DNA of 64,000 bases. Source: an uncultured virus (IMG/VR IMGVR_UViG_3300047312_000347) (lineage: Duplodnaviria; Heunggongvirae; Uroviricota; Caudoviricetes). The stretch lies in IMG/VR virus record IMGVR_UViG_3300047312_000347; one strand, 5' to 3'. Shown here one piece after another: positions 8,858-18,261 of the stretch. The position numbers were made by a program, and so were the translations under genes. Positions within the stretch are counted from its first letter, which is position 1. Every line of letters begins with the position of its first letter. The notes beneath the pieces are model-generated. The model saw only the letters and a program-made list of their open reading frames with translations. It was not told the DNA's origin and did not search any database.

Positions 8858-10108
8858 ATGTTAACCGAAGCAACTGTCAGCAATCTTGACGATGAGCGGC
8901 TGATCCGCGATGGCGAGGCCGCCGTAGACCTCTACAACAAGGATTTGAAAAATGCGCGCGCCCGCATCATGCCGATGGCGCGGGGGCTGTTTGCCGCGCG
9001 GCAAAAGTATCCAAGCGATCAGGATTTCAGTGACTGGCTCCATACATCCTCTTATCGGGAAATCGAATACAATGAACGTGCAGCACTGATCAAGATTGGC
9101 AAGCACGACGCATTCGCCACCAAGTTTGTGCGGACGACGAACCTGATCTCGCCGCGAACGATTTGGGAGGCGATCGAGGACTTGATGTCGGTTTCACATC
9201 ATGTGAAACCGACAGTTGTTACGGAACAAATTCCAGAACAGTCGGCAATTGCCGTTGTTTCATCGGAAAATTCGAAATCGTCAACGCCGCCCGAGGCAAC
9301 AAAATCAGTCGGAACTCAAAACGAGGATGTCGATAGGCGCAATCGCTTGTACGGTGTTCCGCGCGCTGCGGAAGTCTTCGCAATCTTTCTGAACAAGAAC
9401 ACGCGAACGGCCCTGTCAAAACTCAAACCCAGGCGCGATTTTGCACAAATCTGGCAATTGATCCTGACAGCACTCGATGCGGGAATAATGATCCCGACCG
9501 AGACCGAAATCCGCGATGCCAATCTGCGAATCCTGTTTCCAACGGCTCGCGGTCGCTATTGCGCGCGGCTCGATCTGACCGACAAAAAGACGCGCGAGCA
9601 CATCCGCGATCATCTTCTGCCTCTGATGATTGAGCATAAGGAAGCCCTGTTCGCCCAGCCGGATCAAATTGAGAAAATACTGGAGGACGCACAACGCAAG
9701 CGAACGGCCGATCATAGGGCGGCGACTATTGCGCAACGAGCCGTAAAGGCCATGGCATCACTGCCACCCGACGAGAGCGAAGTCATCATGTTTGGCAAGC
9801 GGATGTGGCCAATCGTCGAAGGCGAAACCATCGGCGCTTACGACTTCGCCACGCTACAAGTTGCGGTGTGGAAGTTCACCGATCTCAATCGTTGGCTCCA
9901 TCGCGAGTCGCCGCGCAGCCGCGCCATCAACATCCGCAACTCGACCAAATGGGATCGGCATCATATCGGCGAGTTGCTGAAAGATAGCGGCGATCTGCGC
10001 TTCAAGGTCGATCGTATCTATCAGCTCGTGCACGCTATCGCGCAGTTGATGGACCAGAACCCCGAGGGCGAATGCAAAGAGCCGCTGACGCCGTTGGTTC
10101 TTGGGTGA
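8858..10108 (+). CDS. Hypothetical protein, DUF3102-like N-terminus
   Basis: ARGLFAARQKYPSDQDFSDWL; AGGAG RBS. Confidence 0.6.
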   Translation: MLTEATVSNLDDERLIRDGEAAVDLYNKDLKNARARIMPMARGLFAARQKYPSDQDFSDWLHTSSYREIEYNERAALIKIGKHDAFATKFVRTTNLISPRTIWEAIEDLMSVSHHVKPTVVTEQIPEQSAIAVVSSENSKSSTPPEATKSVGTQNEDVDRRNRLYGVPRAAEVFAIFLNKNTRTALSKLKPRRDFAQIWQLILTALDAGIMIPTETEIRDANLRILFPTARGRYCARLDLTDKKTREHIRDHLLPLMIEHKEALFAQPDQIEKILEDAQRKRTADHRAATIAQRAVKAMASLPPDESEVIMFGKRMWPIVEGETIGAYDFATLQVAVWKFTDLNRWLHRESPRSRAINIRNSTKWDRHHIGELLKDSGDLRFKVDRIYQLVHAIAQLMDQNPEGECKEPLTPLVLG

Positions 10109-10116
10109 CCGTGACA

Positions 10117-10758
10117 ATGGACGACGAGATCACCACCGCTCGCAAAAACATCGCGGAGGGCGAAGCCATCGTGCATCGCGCCAGCGATCAGATCACGCGG
10201 ATTGCGCACCGTGCCACCTTCCCGGAGCCGCGACCGGTGCCAGCCGCCAGCGATGAGCCGCTGTCGATCGCCGGCATGATCGAGCAGATCACCCAGGCCG
10301 AGGCGGGTGGCCGCCCGGTGCTTGCCGCTTTGGGCCTTGCGCGCCTGCGCGAATTCCATGAGACGACCAATCCCGCGGAGCCGTGGGCCGACTTTGCCCG
10401 CCGGCATGTCCCGCTGGCACGCGATCGGGTCGATGAGCTGATCGGCCGGATGGTGCATCGGGGCGCTCTGCTGCGCTGCACGAGCTGCGGCACCACGGCG
10501 AAGTGTCCCTGCGGCTGCGGCGTGCCCTACGTCAGCGATCACCCGTGGGCCAATGCCGATCCACTGACCAAGGCGAGCGCCCTGGAACGCGCCGCCGCGG
10601 CGGTCGCGGCTCACCCAGAGAAATCCAACCGGGCCATCGCCGCCGAAATTAGCGTGTCGGAACCGACAGTTAGGCGTGCGCGCCGGCAGTTGAAGGACGG
10701 CGAGCGCCATGACGCACCTGATGACGCACCCCACCCGGAGGACGCCCATGCCCAATGA
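10117..10758 (+). CDS. Zn-ribbon plus HTH protein
   Basis: CTSC..CPCGC; SNRAIAAEISVSEPTVRRAR. Confidence 0.65.
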   Translation: MDDEITTARKNIAEGEAIVHRASDQITRIAHRATFPEPRPVPAASDEPLSIAGMIEQITQAEAGGRPVLAALGLARLREFHETTNPAEPWADFARRHVPLARDRVDELIGRMVHRGALLRCTSCGTTAKCPCGCGVPYVSDHPWANADPLTKASALERAAAAVAAHPEKSNRAIAAEISVSEPTVRRARRQLKDGERHDAPDDAPHPEDAHAQ

Positions 10759-11719
10759 CATTCTCCCGCCGCGACCGACCCTGATCATAGGCGAGAGCGG
10801 CCCAGCGGTTTCTTATCTTCAAACGCTGCTGCCGCACGGCTTCGACGGTGACTTCGGGCCGATCACCCAGGAGGAAGTGCGCGAGTTCCAGCGCACGCGT
10901 GGGCTTGCCGTCACCGGCATCGTCAATCAAACGACCTGGGATGCGCTCGAGTCCGAGGCACCGCCCGTGCTGCCGTCCCTGCCGGCGAGCGATGCCGCCG
11001 CGGTCATGTGGATCGCCAGCGCGTCGGCCATCGCCAGCTATGAGTGGCAGGACCGCGGCACGGCGCCGGCCGGCTACATCATGGGCATGGCGCTCGCCTT
11101 CGCGCAAAGCTGCATAAGGCTGGAAGCCCGGCATCCGGCGGTGATCGGCATGTCGTGCGCCAATACCCACGATGACGAGCTTGATGCGCTGTCGTGGTTC
11201 AATTCCGATTTCGCCGCGCTCGACATGAGCAATGAGCGGCCCGGCATCGACACGCTGCGCCACCTGTACGTGCTGCTGCTCGGGCTCGGTATGCGCGAGA
11301 GCAGCGGGCGGCACTGTGAGGGCCGCGATCAATCGGCGTCCAACACGTCGAGCGATACATGCGAGGCCGGCTTGTTCCAGACCAGCTACAACGCGCACGT
11401 CTGCCATCCGTGCTTCGATCCGCTGATGGAGGAATTCGAGCGCGAGGAAACCGTGGCCGGCTTCGGCACGGTGTTTGCCGAAGGCGTGTCGTGCTCCGAG
11501 TCTGATTGGGACTGCTACGGCAGCGGCGCCGGTTTCACATTTCAGGACTTGTCCAAGCGGGCGCCGGCATTCGCGGTCGAGAGCTGCGCCCTGGTGCTGC
11601 GCAATCTGCGCCAGCACTACGGGCCGATCAATCGCAAGGAGGTCGAGCTGCGCCGTGAGGCCGACAATATGTTCCGCGCGGTGCAAGCCTGCATCGGGCT
11701 TACCCAGGAGGATGCATGA
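10748..11719 (+). CDS. Endolysin: PG-binding domain plus lysozyme/transglycosylase-like domain
   Basis: DGDFGPITQEEVREFQ..GL.VTGIV; MRESSG...AGLFQ. Confidence 0.75.
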   Translation: MPNDILPPRPTLIIGESGPAVSYLQTLLPHGFDGDFGPITQEEVREFQRTRGLAVTGIVNQTTWDALESEAPPVLPSLPASDAAAVMWIASASAIASYEWQDRGTAPAGYIMGMALAFAQSCIRLEARHPAVIGMSCANTHDDELDALSWFNSDFAALDMSNERPGIDTLRHLYVLLLGLGMRESSGRHCEGRDQSASNTSSDTCEAGLFQTSYNAHVCHPCFDPLMEEFEREETVAGFGTVFAEGVSCSESDWDCYGSGAGFTFQDLSKRAPAFAVESCALVLRNLRQHYGPINRKEVELRREADNMFRAVQACIGLTQEDA

Positions 11720-12810
11720 TGAACGAGATCGAGGATCGCCGCCGCGAGCTGTCCGAGTTCGCCAATGCCGGCGGCCAGCCACAGCAACCGCATGGTCATG
11801 CGCTTGTGCGCGCGACCACCGGGCTTGCCGATCGCATCATCGGCGCGCAGCAGGTGGCCGTGTATCGCGACGAGGGCAAAATCTTCGGCAAGCTCACCGC
11901 GCTCGCCGCCAGGGCCGGCACCGATTGGTTCTATCGCTTCCCGGTCAAGAAGGATGGCGGCGGCACGGATTGGATTGAAGGGCCTTCAATCAAACTCGCA
12001 AATGACATTGCGCGCGTGTACGGCAACAACGTGAACGAGGTGCGCGAGCTGGACGTAGGCGATGCCTGGATTTTCTATGCCCGGTTCACCGACATCGAAA
12101 CCGGCTTCTCTATGGAGCGCGCCTATCGTCAACGCAAATCGCAAAGCTCGCTGAAAACCAAGGATGCCGACCGGCGCTTGGACATCGCCTATCAAATCGG
12201 CCAGAGCAAAGCGATCCGCAACTGCATCGTGAACGCGTTGCAAACATTCGCGGACTTTGCATTCGAGGAAGCGCGCAACTCGCTGGTCGATAAGATCGGC
12301 AAGGACTTGCCCAAATATCGCCAGGGCATTCTTGATGGCCTTGGTCGTCTGCCGGTCGATGTCAGGCGCGTCGAGCGCGTCATCGGCCGCGCCAGCAAGG
12401 ACTGGTTGGCGCACGATGTCGCGCAAGTCATCGCGATGGCGAAAAGCATCGCGGACGGCATGGCGACGGCTGACGAAACCTTCCCGCCGCTGGAGCCGCC
12501 CAAGGCCGATGAGCCCAAAGCGGAGCCGGCCAAACCTGATGAGCCGAAGGCTACGGAGGGGGAGGCGCAGGGCACTGGCGGTGAGGCGGCGAAAGCTCCT
12601 GCCGCTGGTGACCCTGCGCCGGCTGGGGGTGACGACGCCATTGTGGCCGCCCACAAGCGCGGTGTCGAGTGGCGTGCGCAGAACGGCGCGAAAAAGGCGA
12701 TGCCGGGAGAATTCCGCGACACCGCCAGGATGAAGGAACAGATCGCGTGGATGGCCGGCTTCGACGGCAACCCGCTGCCGACATTCCCCACCACGGAGCA
12801 ACCGAAATGA
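11716..12810 (+). CDS. Phage recombination-associated protein (putative annealase)
   Basis: EGPSIKLA..IARVYGN, SKAIRNCI motifs; same operon as YqaJ. Confidence 0.5.
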   Translation: MMNEIEDRRRELSEFANAGGQPQQPHGHALVRATTGLADRIIGAQQVAVYRDEGKIFGKLTALAARAGTDWFYRFPVKKDGGGTDWIEGPSIKLANDIARVYGNNVNEVRELDVGDAWIFYARFTDIETGFSMERAYRQRKSQSSLKTKDADRRLDIAYQIGQSKAIRNCIVNALQTFADFAFEEARNSLVDKIGKDLPKYRQGILDGLGRLPVDVRRVERVIGRASKDWLAHDVAQVIAMAKSIADGMATADETFPPLEPPKADEPKAEPAKPDEPKATEGEAQGTGGEAAKAPAAGDPAPAGGDDAIVAAHKRGVEWRAQNGAKKAMPGEFRDTARMKEQIAWMAGFDGNPLPTFPTTEQPK

Positions 12811-13022
12811 TCGTGAAAGTTCAACGACCGGTTGGCACCCAAGGCAAGAACAGTTTGCCGTGGCTGGTCTATGCCGAGGGAAAACGGCACTGGCAACCCC
12901 GCGTTACGCCGACGCCACGGCAGCGCGCGCAATTCGGTGACGCGCTCAAACGATTTTACGAGGCTGATCTGATCAATGGGCAATGGAGGCTGATCAAGCC
13001 GGTGGAGGATCAGGCATGGTGA
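12807..13022 (+). CDS. Hypothetical protein
   Basis: ATGA overlap, GGAG RBS. Confidence 0.6.
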   Translation: MIVKVQRPVGTQGKNSLPWLVYAEGKRHWQPRVTPTPRQRAQFGDALKRFYEADLINGQWRLIKPVEDQAW

Positions 13023-13198
13023 CGCCCGAGCAATTCGGAGAGGAACTGGCCGAGCTTGTGCTGCGCGCCTCGCCGCATCTGCCGGCCAGGGCGATCATGG
13101 AAATGCTGCGCGAGGAAGCGATGGCGCAGGAAGGCGAGATCATCAAACAGCAACTCGACGCCGGCCCCTGGCCGCCCGACAAGCGACCGGAGGATTGA
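13016..13198 (+). CDS. Hypothetical protein
   Basis: GGAGG RBS, overlaps previous gene. Confidence 0.5.
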   Translation: MVTPEQFGEELAELVLRASPHLPARAIMEMLREEAMAQEGEIIKQQLDAGPWPPDKRPED

Positions 13199-13440
13199 TT
13201 GAGCGATTTCGCGAACACCGAATTCGTTTGCCTGCTCTGCTTTCGGCGCGGCAGCTTCGACTCGTTGTGCTTTCCGGTCGCGCGTTTGGCCGGGTCAAGC
13301 CGGGAGCCCGGTCGCGAGCGACCACCGGCAACAACTGAGATGGTTAATGTCGTACCTGACTTTGACCGTCCGACAGAAAGGCTCGCCTCCCGCGTGCCCC
13401 ACCCGGCGTGCGCCAAACACGTATCGCCGGGTGGGTCACC

Positions 13441-13815
13441 ATGAAGCTGCTGGCCGTGGCGATCGGCGTGACCGCGGCCTTGCTGCTGGTTTATTTCACC
13501 CGGCCGTCGCCGGTGCTGCTGCGGGCCGCTGTGCCCGAGCTGCAGGCGCCGGCCACCGACGGCAAGGGAGATCGCCTGCCGCCGCTGCACAGGGACGATG
13601 AGGATGCTCCGCTACCTGATCGACGGGGAGCTGATGACCTCCGACCAGTACATGACGCGCCATCGCGTGAGCTACCTGCGCGCGATTCACGAAATCAACA
13701 AGCACGTCAATCAAGCAGCGATCCGGTGTGCGGCGTCAAAGGACGCACTTGGTACAGCAAAGCGAACGGCTGGCGATATTGGCGCTGCAATCGACCCACG
13801 GGAGGACGACCATGA
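13441..13815 (+). CDS. Exported/membrane-anchored protein
   Basis: Hydrophobic N-terminus; DPVCG..GRTWY.KANGWRYW.C shared with 48283..48624. Confidence 0.75.
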   Translation: MKLLAVAIGVTAALLLVYFTRPSPVLLRAAVPELQAPATDGKGDRLPPLHRDDEDAPLPDRRGADDLRPVHDAPSRELPARDSRNQQARQSSSDPVCGVKGRTWYSKANGWRYWRCNRPTGGRP

Positions 13816-14177
13816 ACGGACCTGACGAATACGGATTGCCGGCGTCGAAGCGCGTGTTGCCGGTCGAGCTGCTGGACGAGCTGCCGCCTGTCCACGATCC
13901 GATCAAGCTCGCGAACATAACGATAAAAGCTGTTGATCGCATTGGCGGCGCCGCCGCAACCGAGATTGAGGATGCCGCAAGGTGCCTCGAAGAAGCCGCC
14001 GCCAAGATCGCTGAGAATCTACGCGAGCTTGCCGGCGCCGTGCGCGAGCACAGCCGCGTTGCCGGCGAGCATGTCGAGCAGTTTTGCGGCAAGGCTACCT
14101 CCGTCATCGAGAGTATTCGCGCGCTGCAGGAACGGCTGGACAGCAAGCGCGGCAATGGTGAGGATCACGGAGCATGA
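13812..14177 (+). CDS. Coiled-coil hypothetical protein
   Basis: Paralogue of 49768..50160. Confidence 0.75.
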   Translation: MNGPDEYGLPASKRVLPVELLDELPPVHDPIKLANITIKAVDRIGGAAATEIEDAARCLEEAAAKIAENLRELAGAVREHSRVAGEHVEQFCGKATSVIESIRALQERLDSKRGNGEDHGA

Positions 14178-14180
14178 AAG

Positions 14181-15119
14181 GTGTACCACACTAATCATTT
14201 CATTTACCGGAAATCATTTTCGAAGCATCTGCACAATCTCGCGGTCAGCGGGTTCTACACACGCGAGCTTGACGCCGACGATTTTGAATTTCTTGAGCAA
14301 GTAAAGCGCCGCGGCATTGCCAATGGCGACCTACCAAACACAAACACCGTACTGGTCGAGGAATTGGAATTCTGGTGCCTGCCCTATGCACTTTCTCCTA
14401 ACATCGAACGCAGGGTTGGTAGAAGACCGCGTGTCGGACCAACAGTGGAGCAGATGGCGGCGCGGCAGGCGGCCACGGAGGCCAGACGGGAATTGCGAGC
14501 GGTGCGTGCGCAATACAAGGCAATTGCTGACGCTGAGTTGGAGCGCGAGCGCATCGAATTTGAGAAGGCTGCACGCACGCGCAAGCTGCGCGAATTGTTA
14601 ACCGACGCGGAATGGGATGCCGCCGCTCCGCACAAAAACAAGATTGGCAAGACCGTTAAGCGGCACCATGTCCCGCAATGGAAGCTTGACCATGAGAAGA
14701 CCGAGAAGGCCGCGGAGCGCAACCGCAAGACGCTCTTGATCGAGAAGCAGCGAGTACGGGCGGCGCAGCGGCTTCAGCAATACGAGCAGGAGCAGATGGA
14801 AAGCCGGATAACGCCGGTGTACGAGCCGCCAGTGACGAAACCGGAAACGCAGTACACAGGCGCAGAGCTTGCGTCGCTTGACGCACGCAAAGTCGCGGCT
14901 GATGCCGTGCTTCGTGCGCAGATGCAGGCCAGACACATCAGCATTCCCTACACGCGAGAGTATCTGAAGCGATCGATTCTCATGCTGATGAGAGGCAGCG
15001 CGCCCTATGTCTGGTCGGTAGATAACATGGCGCGTTCGCTTTATTGCGATGACCGCCCGTTGCTTGATGCGTGCCTCGATGAGTTGGTGGCAGAAGGGGC
15101 GATACGGTTGAACCAATGA
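14181..15119 (+). CDS. Hypothetical coiled-coil protein
   Basis: 312-aa ORF in operon orientation. Confidence 0.6.
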   Translation: MYHTNHFIYRKSFSKHLHNLAVSGFYTRELDADDFEFLEQVKRRGIANGDLPNTNTVLVEELEFWCLPYALSPNIERRVGRRPRVGPTVEQMAARQAATEARRELRAVRAQYKAIADAELERERIEFEKAARTRKLRELLTDAEWDAAAPHKNKIGKTVKRHHVPQWKLDHEKTEKAAERNRKTLLIEKQRVRAAQRLQQYEQEQMESRITPVYEPPVTKPETQYTGAELASLDARKVAADAVLRAQMQARHISIPYTREYLKRSILMLMRGSAPYVWSVDNMARSLYCDDRPLLDACLDELVAEGAIRLNQ

Positions 15120-15362
15120 AAAGAATTCACTCTGAAACCAAGTTGCCAGGAATGGCGCCGAACAATCGTTGCCTTGGGTGTGGCGCAGCCGTCTCCGATC
15201 GCGACGATGTACGATGCACTGATTGCCGCCCGGTACTGAGCGCGCAGGCGGTGGCAACCGGCGCGGAACGGCGGCGCGAGCGCAAGGAGATTGCGGCAGC
15301 GGAGCAGCAAATCGAGAGGACAGAAATGTTGATTAGGCGGCTTTTTGGGAGGATCAGGAAAC

Positions 15363-15611
15363 ATGAAAGTTCCTGCGACGGTTGTTAAAGACACGGCGGA
15401 CATCCGCGCGAAGCTGTTGGACATCTGGAAACAGATTGATGAAAAGAAAATCTCATCGTCCGAAGCCCGCCTGCACATCAGCGTGGCGCGTGCGATCCTC
15501 GACACGCTGAAGGTGGAGATGGCTGCGCTGCATCTGGCGCAACAAGTCATTCCGTCCGTACCGATCATCACGGTGGGCGGTGTGCCGCTTGGACGCGGCA
15601 GAGATCAATAA
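15363..15611 (+). CDS. Hypothetical protein
   Basis: GGAGG/AGGA RBS. Confidence 0.55.
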   Translation: MKVPATVVKDTADIRAKLLDIWKQIDEKKISSSEARLHISVARAILDTLKVEMAALHLAQQVIPSVPIITVGGVPLGRGRDQ

Positions 15612-15665
15612 AGCCTCTGGGGACGCCAGATAAGCTGGCCTTGTCAAAAGCGGAGCCACAATGTT

Positions 15666-15851
15666 ATGCGTCGAAGCGCGTTCCGGCAAAGCGACCTGAC
15701 CAAGGCGCTCAAAGCGGCCAAAGCGGCCGGATCTGAGGTTGCCAGGGTCGAGATCGCCCCGGACGGCAGGATGGTCGTGGTGATGACCAAGGATGCGGCC
15801 CAAGACGAGAAGAACGAGCTTTTGGATGCCGCTCGCAAAGGAGCAAGATGA
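15666..15851 (+). CDS. Excisionase-like small protein
   Basis: FRQSDLTKALKAAKAAG..VARVEI; ATGA overlap with integrase. Confidence 0.55.
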   Translation: MRRSAFRQSDLTKALKAAKAAGSEVARVEIAPDGRMVVVMTKDAAQDEKNELLDAARKGAR

Positions 15852-16885
15852 GCAAGATCAAGCTGCAATTCGTGCAAGCCTACCGCGACGTGCGCGGCAA
15901 GCCCCGGCACTACTATCGCCGTAACGGCCGGCGTGTGCCCTTGCCCGGCCTCCCCGGCAGCGCGGAATTCATGTCAGCCTATGCGGCGGCGCACGCCGGC
16001 AGCGCGCCGGCCGAGATCGGTGCCAGCCGCAGCGGGCCGGGCACCATCGCCGCCCTGGTGGCCGCCTACTACAACAGCGCCGAGTTCAAGCATGAGATTG
16101 CCGACAACACCCGCCGCACGCGCCGCGCCGTGCTGGAGCGGTTGCGCGAGCAGTATGGCGAGCACCGTGCGGCCCAGATCAACAGCGAGGTCGTCCGCGT
16201 GCTGCTTGCGAAGATCGAGAAGCCGCACGCCCGCCGGAACTGGCTCAAAGGCATTCGTGCCCTGATGGGATTTGCCGTCGCGATCGGGATGCGTTCCGAT
16301 GATCCGACCCTCGCCATCAAGGTCAAGACGCCCAAGAGCGACGGTTTCAAGGAATGGGACGAGGGCCAGATTGCCCGGTTCCGCGCGCATCACGCCAGCG
16401 GCACCCGCGCGCGGCTGGCCTTCGAGCTGCTGCTGAACACCGGGCAGCGGCGCAGCGACGTGGTGCGGATGGGCCGGCAGCATGTGCGCGGCAGCGCCTT
16501 GCACGTCAAGCAAGGCAAGACCGGCGCCGAGGTCGTGATCCCGATTCGCCCCGAGCTGCGGGCGGCGATCGATGCCACGCCGCGCGATCACCTGACGTTC
16601 CTGACCACGGGGGAGGGCAAGCCGTTTTCGGTCGATGGCTTCGGGCACTGGTTCCGAACGGTTTGCAATGAGGCGGGCATTCCCGCGCTCGCCGCGCATG
16701 GGCTGCGCAAGGCGACGTGCCGCCGGCTGGCCGAGGCCGGCTGCACCGAAAAGGAGATCGCCTCGATCAGTGGGCACACGACGCTGCGGGAGGTTGCCCG
16801 CTACACCGCGGCCGCGAGCAAGACGCTGCTGGCGCAAGCCGCCACCCGCAAGCTGGAGAACGAATCGGCATCGGGTGGTGTCTAA
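15848..16885 (+). CDS. int: Tyrosine integrase A
   Basis: TGQRRSD, HGLRK, SGH, RY catalytic set. Confidence 0.95.
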   Translation: MSKIKLQFVQAYRDVRGKPRHYYRRNGRRVPLPGLPGSAEFMSAYAAAHAGSAPAEIGASRSGPGTIAALVAAYYNSAEFKHEIADNTRRTRRAVLERLREQYGEHRAAQINSEVVRVLLAKIEKPHARRNWLKGIRALMGFAVAIGMRSDDPTLAIKVKTPKSDGFKEWDEGQIARFRAHHASGTRARLAFELLLNTGQRRSDVVRMGRQHVRGSALHVKQGKTGAEVVIPIRPELRAAIDATPRDHLTFLTTGEGKPFSVDGFGHWFRTVCNEAGIPALAAHGLRKATCRRLAEAGCTEKEIASISGHTTLREVARYTAAASKTLLAQAATRKLENESASGGV

Positions 16886-17060
16886 CGTCGAGCGCCCCGA
16901 CTGTCTAACCTGGGTGTAAGCCATTGAAATCTATGGAGCCGCTTCCTGCCCTCCGAGCCCGTGCCGAATTCAGAGTTCAGTGCAAAATCAATGGCTTACC
17001 TGTCTAACAGGCTCCCGGTGGCCCATTGAGGCCGTTGGGGTATTTCCGGGACTGTCTAAC
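16879..17060. other. attP-like site A
   Basis: TGTCTAAC at 16879, 16902, 17001, 17053; inverted IHF-like TAAGCCATTGA/TCAATGGCTTA around a central core. Confidence 0.75.
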
Positions 17061-17065
17061 GTCCA

Positions 17066-17307
17066 GGGGTCGAAAGTCCGTCCCAAAATCGGGGGGACTT
17101 TCGACCCCCTTTTTGGGTAGGGAGAAGGAAGGGAGAAGGTAGGGAGAAGGAAGGGCCGGGAATTTGGCGCCAGGAGGGCGCCCAGAGGCTCCCCGGCGTG
17201 CCCGGCCACCGGAGGGGCGCCCCGGACATCGCCCACCCACGGCCCTTCCCAGGCCCTTTTTCGGGGGGTGGAAAGTCGGGGCCAAAACAGGGGGGGCTTT
17301 CGCCCCC
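17066..17307. repeat. Paired hairpins flanking AGGGAGAAGG repeats
   Basis: GGGGTCGAAAGTCC/GGACTTTCGACCCC at 17066-17108, degenerate copy 17264-17307. Confidence 0.75.
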
Positions 17308-17356
17308 TTGGCCCGGCGCCGCCCCCTGGGATACTATCCATTTGGAGGTGTCCCCG

Positions 17357-17680
17357 ATGACCGAGATTGGCATGGAAGACGAAATAGCTGCGGCGAACGC
17401 GCTGCTCGATCGTATTGCTCCGATATTGCAAGGTGGCGATCCTGACGTTGTCGGCATCGTTCTCGCCGTTCTCGTCGCGAGGGGGATTGCCGGCTTTCAG
17501 TTGTCGGCGGGCACCCCAACAGACATCGTAAGCCTGCAAACTAAAATGCTGCTTCAACATATCGATTCCGTAAACCTGTTCATTCCCATAGAAGCCAAAG
17601 CCCTCGATGACGCCCTGGCGCGTGGCGAGATCACAAGCGACAGAATCAAGACGGCCGATAAGTCGGGGCGATTCAAGTGA
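17357..17680 (+). CDS. Hypothetical protein
   Basis: GGAGG RBS; similar to 19281..19544 (D.IAP.L.G.). Confidence 0.65.
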   Translation: MTEIGMEDEIAAANALLDRIAPILQGGDPDVVGIVLAVLVARGIAGFQLSAGTPTDIVSLQTKMLLQHIDSVNLFIPIEAKALDDALARGEITSDRIKTADKSGRFK

Positions 17681-18261
17681 CAGAGCGCACGCTCTACGAC
17701 GCTGATCGCAAGGGGCCGCGGCGTTGCGGCGATTGTCAATTGTGCTGCAAGCTGCTGCCGGTGCGTTCGCTGGCAAAGACGGCGAACGAGCGTTGCAAGC
17801 ATCAGAAAGTCGGCAAGGGCTGCGCGGTCTATCGACAGTCAGCCTTTCCACGTGAATGCCATTTCTGGTCCTGCCGCTGGCTCCTGCATGAGCCGGGCAC
17901 CGAGAGCCTGCGGCGTCCCGATCGTGCCCACTATTGCATCGACATGATGCCGGATTTCGTCACGCTCGTAGACAACGCGACCGGCGCGCGAACCGAGATC
18001 GAGGTCGTGCAGATATGGTGCGACCCTGGATTTCGGGATGCTCATCGTGATCCGGCGCTGCGCGCGTTCCTCGAAGCCAAGCGGATGCCGGGGCTCGTGC
18101 GCTTTAGCACCACCGACGCGCTGCATCTGATGCCGCCATCCTGTAGCGACGACAGACAATGGCATGAGGTCACCGGCGCCATGCGGGAGACAACGCACAC
18201 GCCGGCTCAGATAGCGTCCGCGATCGGAGTGCAAATAGTGGTTTTGGGGGAGCAGCCATGA
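17677..18261 (+). CDS. YkgJ-like cysteine cluster protein
   Basis: CGDCQLCCKLL, C..Y...P.EC; paralogue 58111..58680. Confidence 0.75.
   Translation: MTERTLYDADRKGPRRCGDCQLCCKLLPVRSLAKTANERCKHQKVGKGCAVYRQSAFPRECHFWSCRWLLHEPGTESLRRPDRAHYCIDMMPDFVTLVDNATGARTEIEVVQIWCDPGFRDAHRDPALRAFLEAKRMPGLVRFSTTDALHLMPPSCSDDRQWHEVTGAMRETTHTPAQIASAIGVQIVVLGEQP

Noticed and set aside
16930..16985. tRNA fragment at the att core
   Set aside because: No T-loop GTTCGA or CCA end recognisable
16988..17851. ORFs spanning the att-adjacent GC-run region
   Set aside because: Low-complexity Pro/Gly/Arg translations; frame not conserved in the 51.9 kb copy
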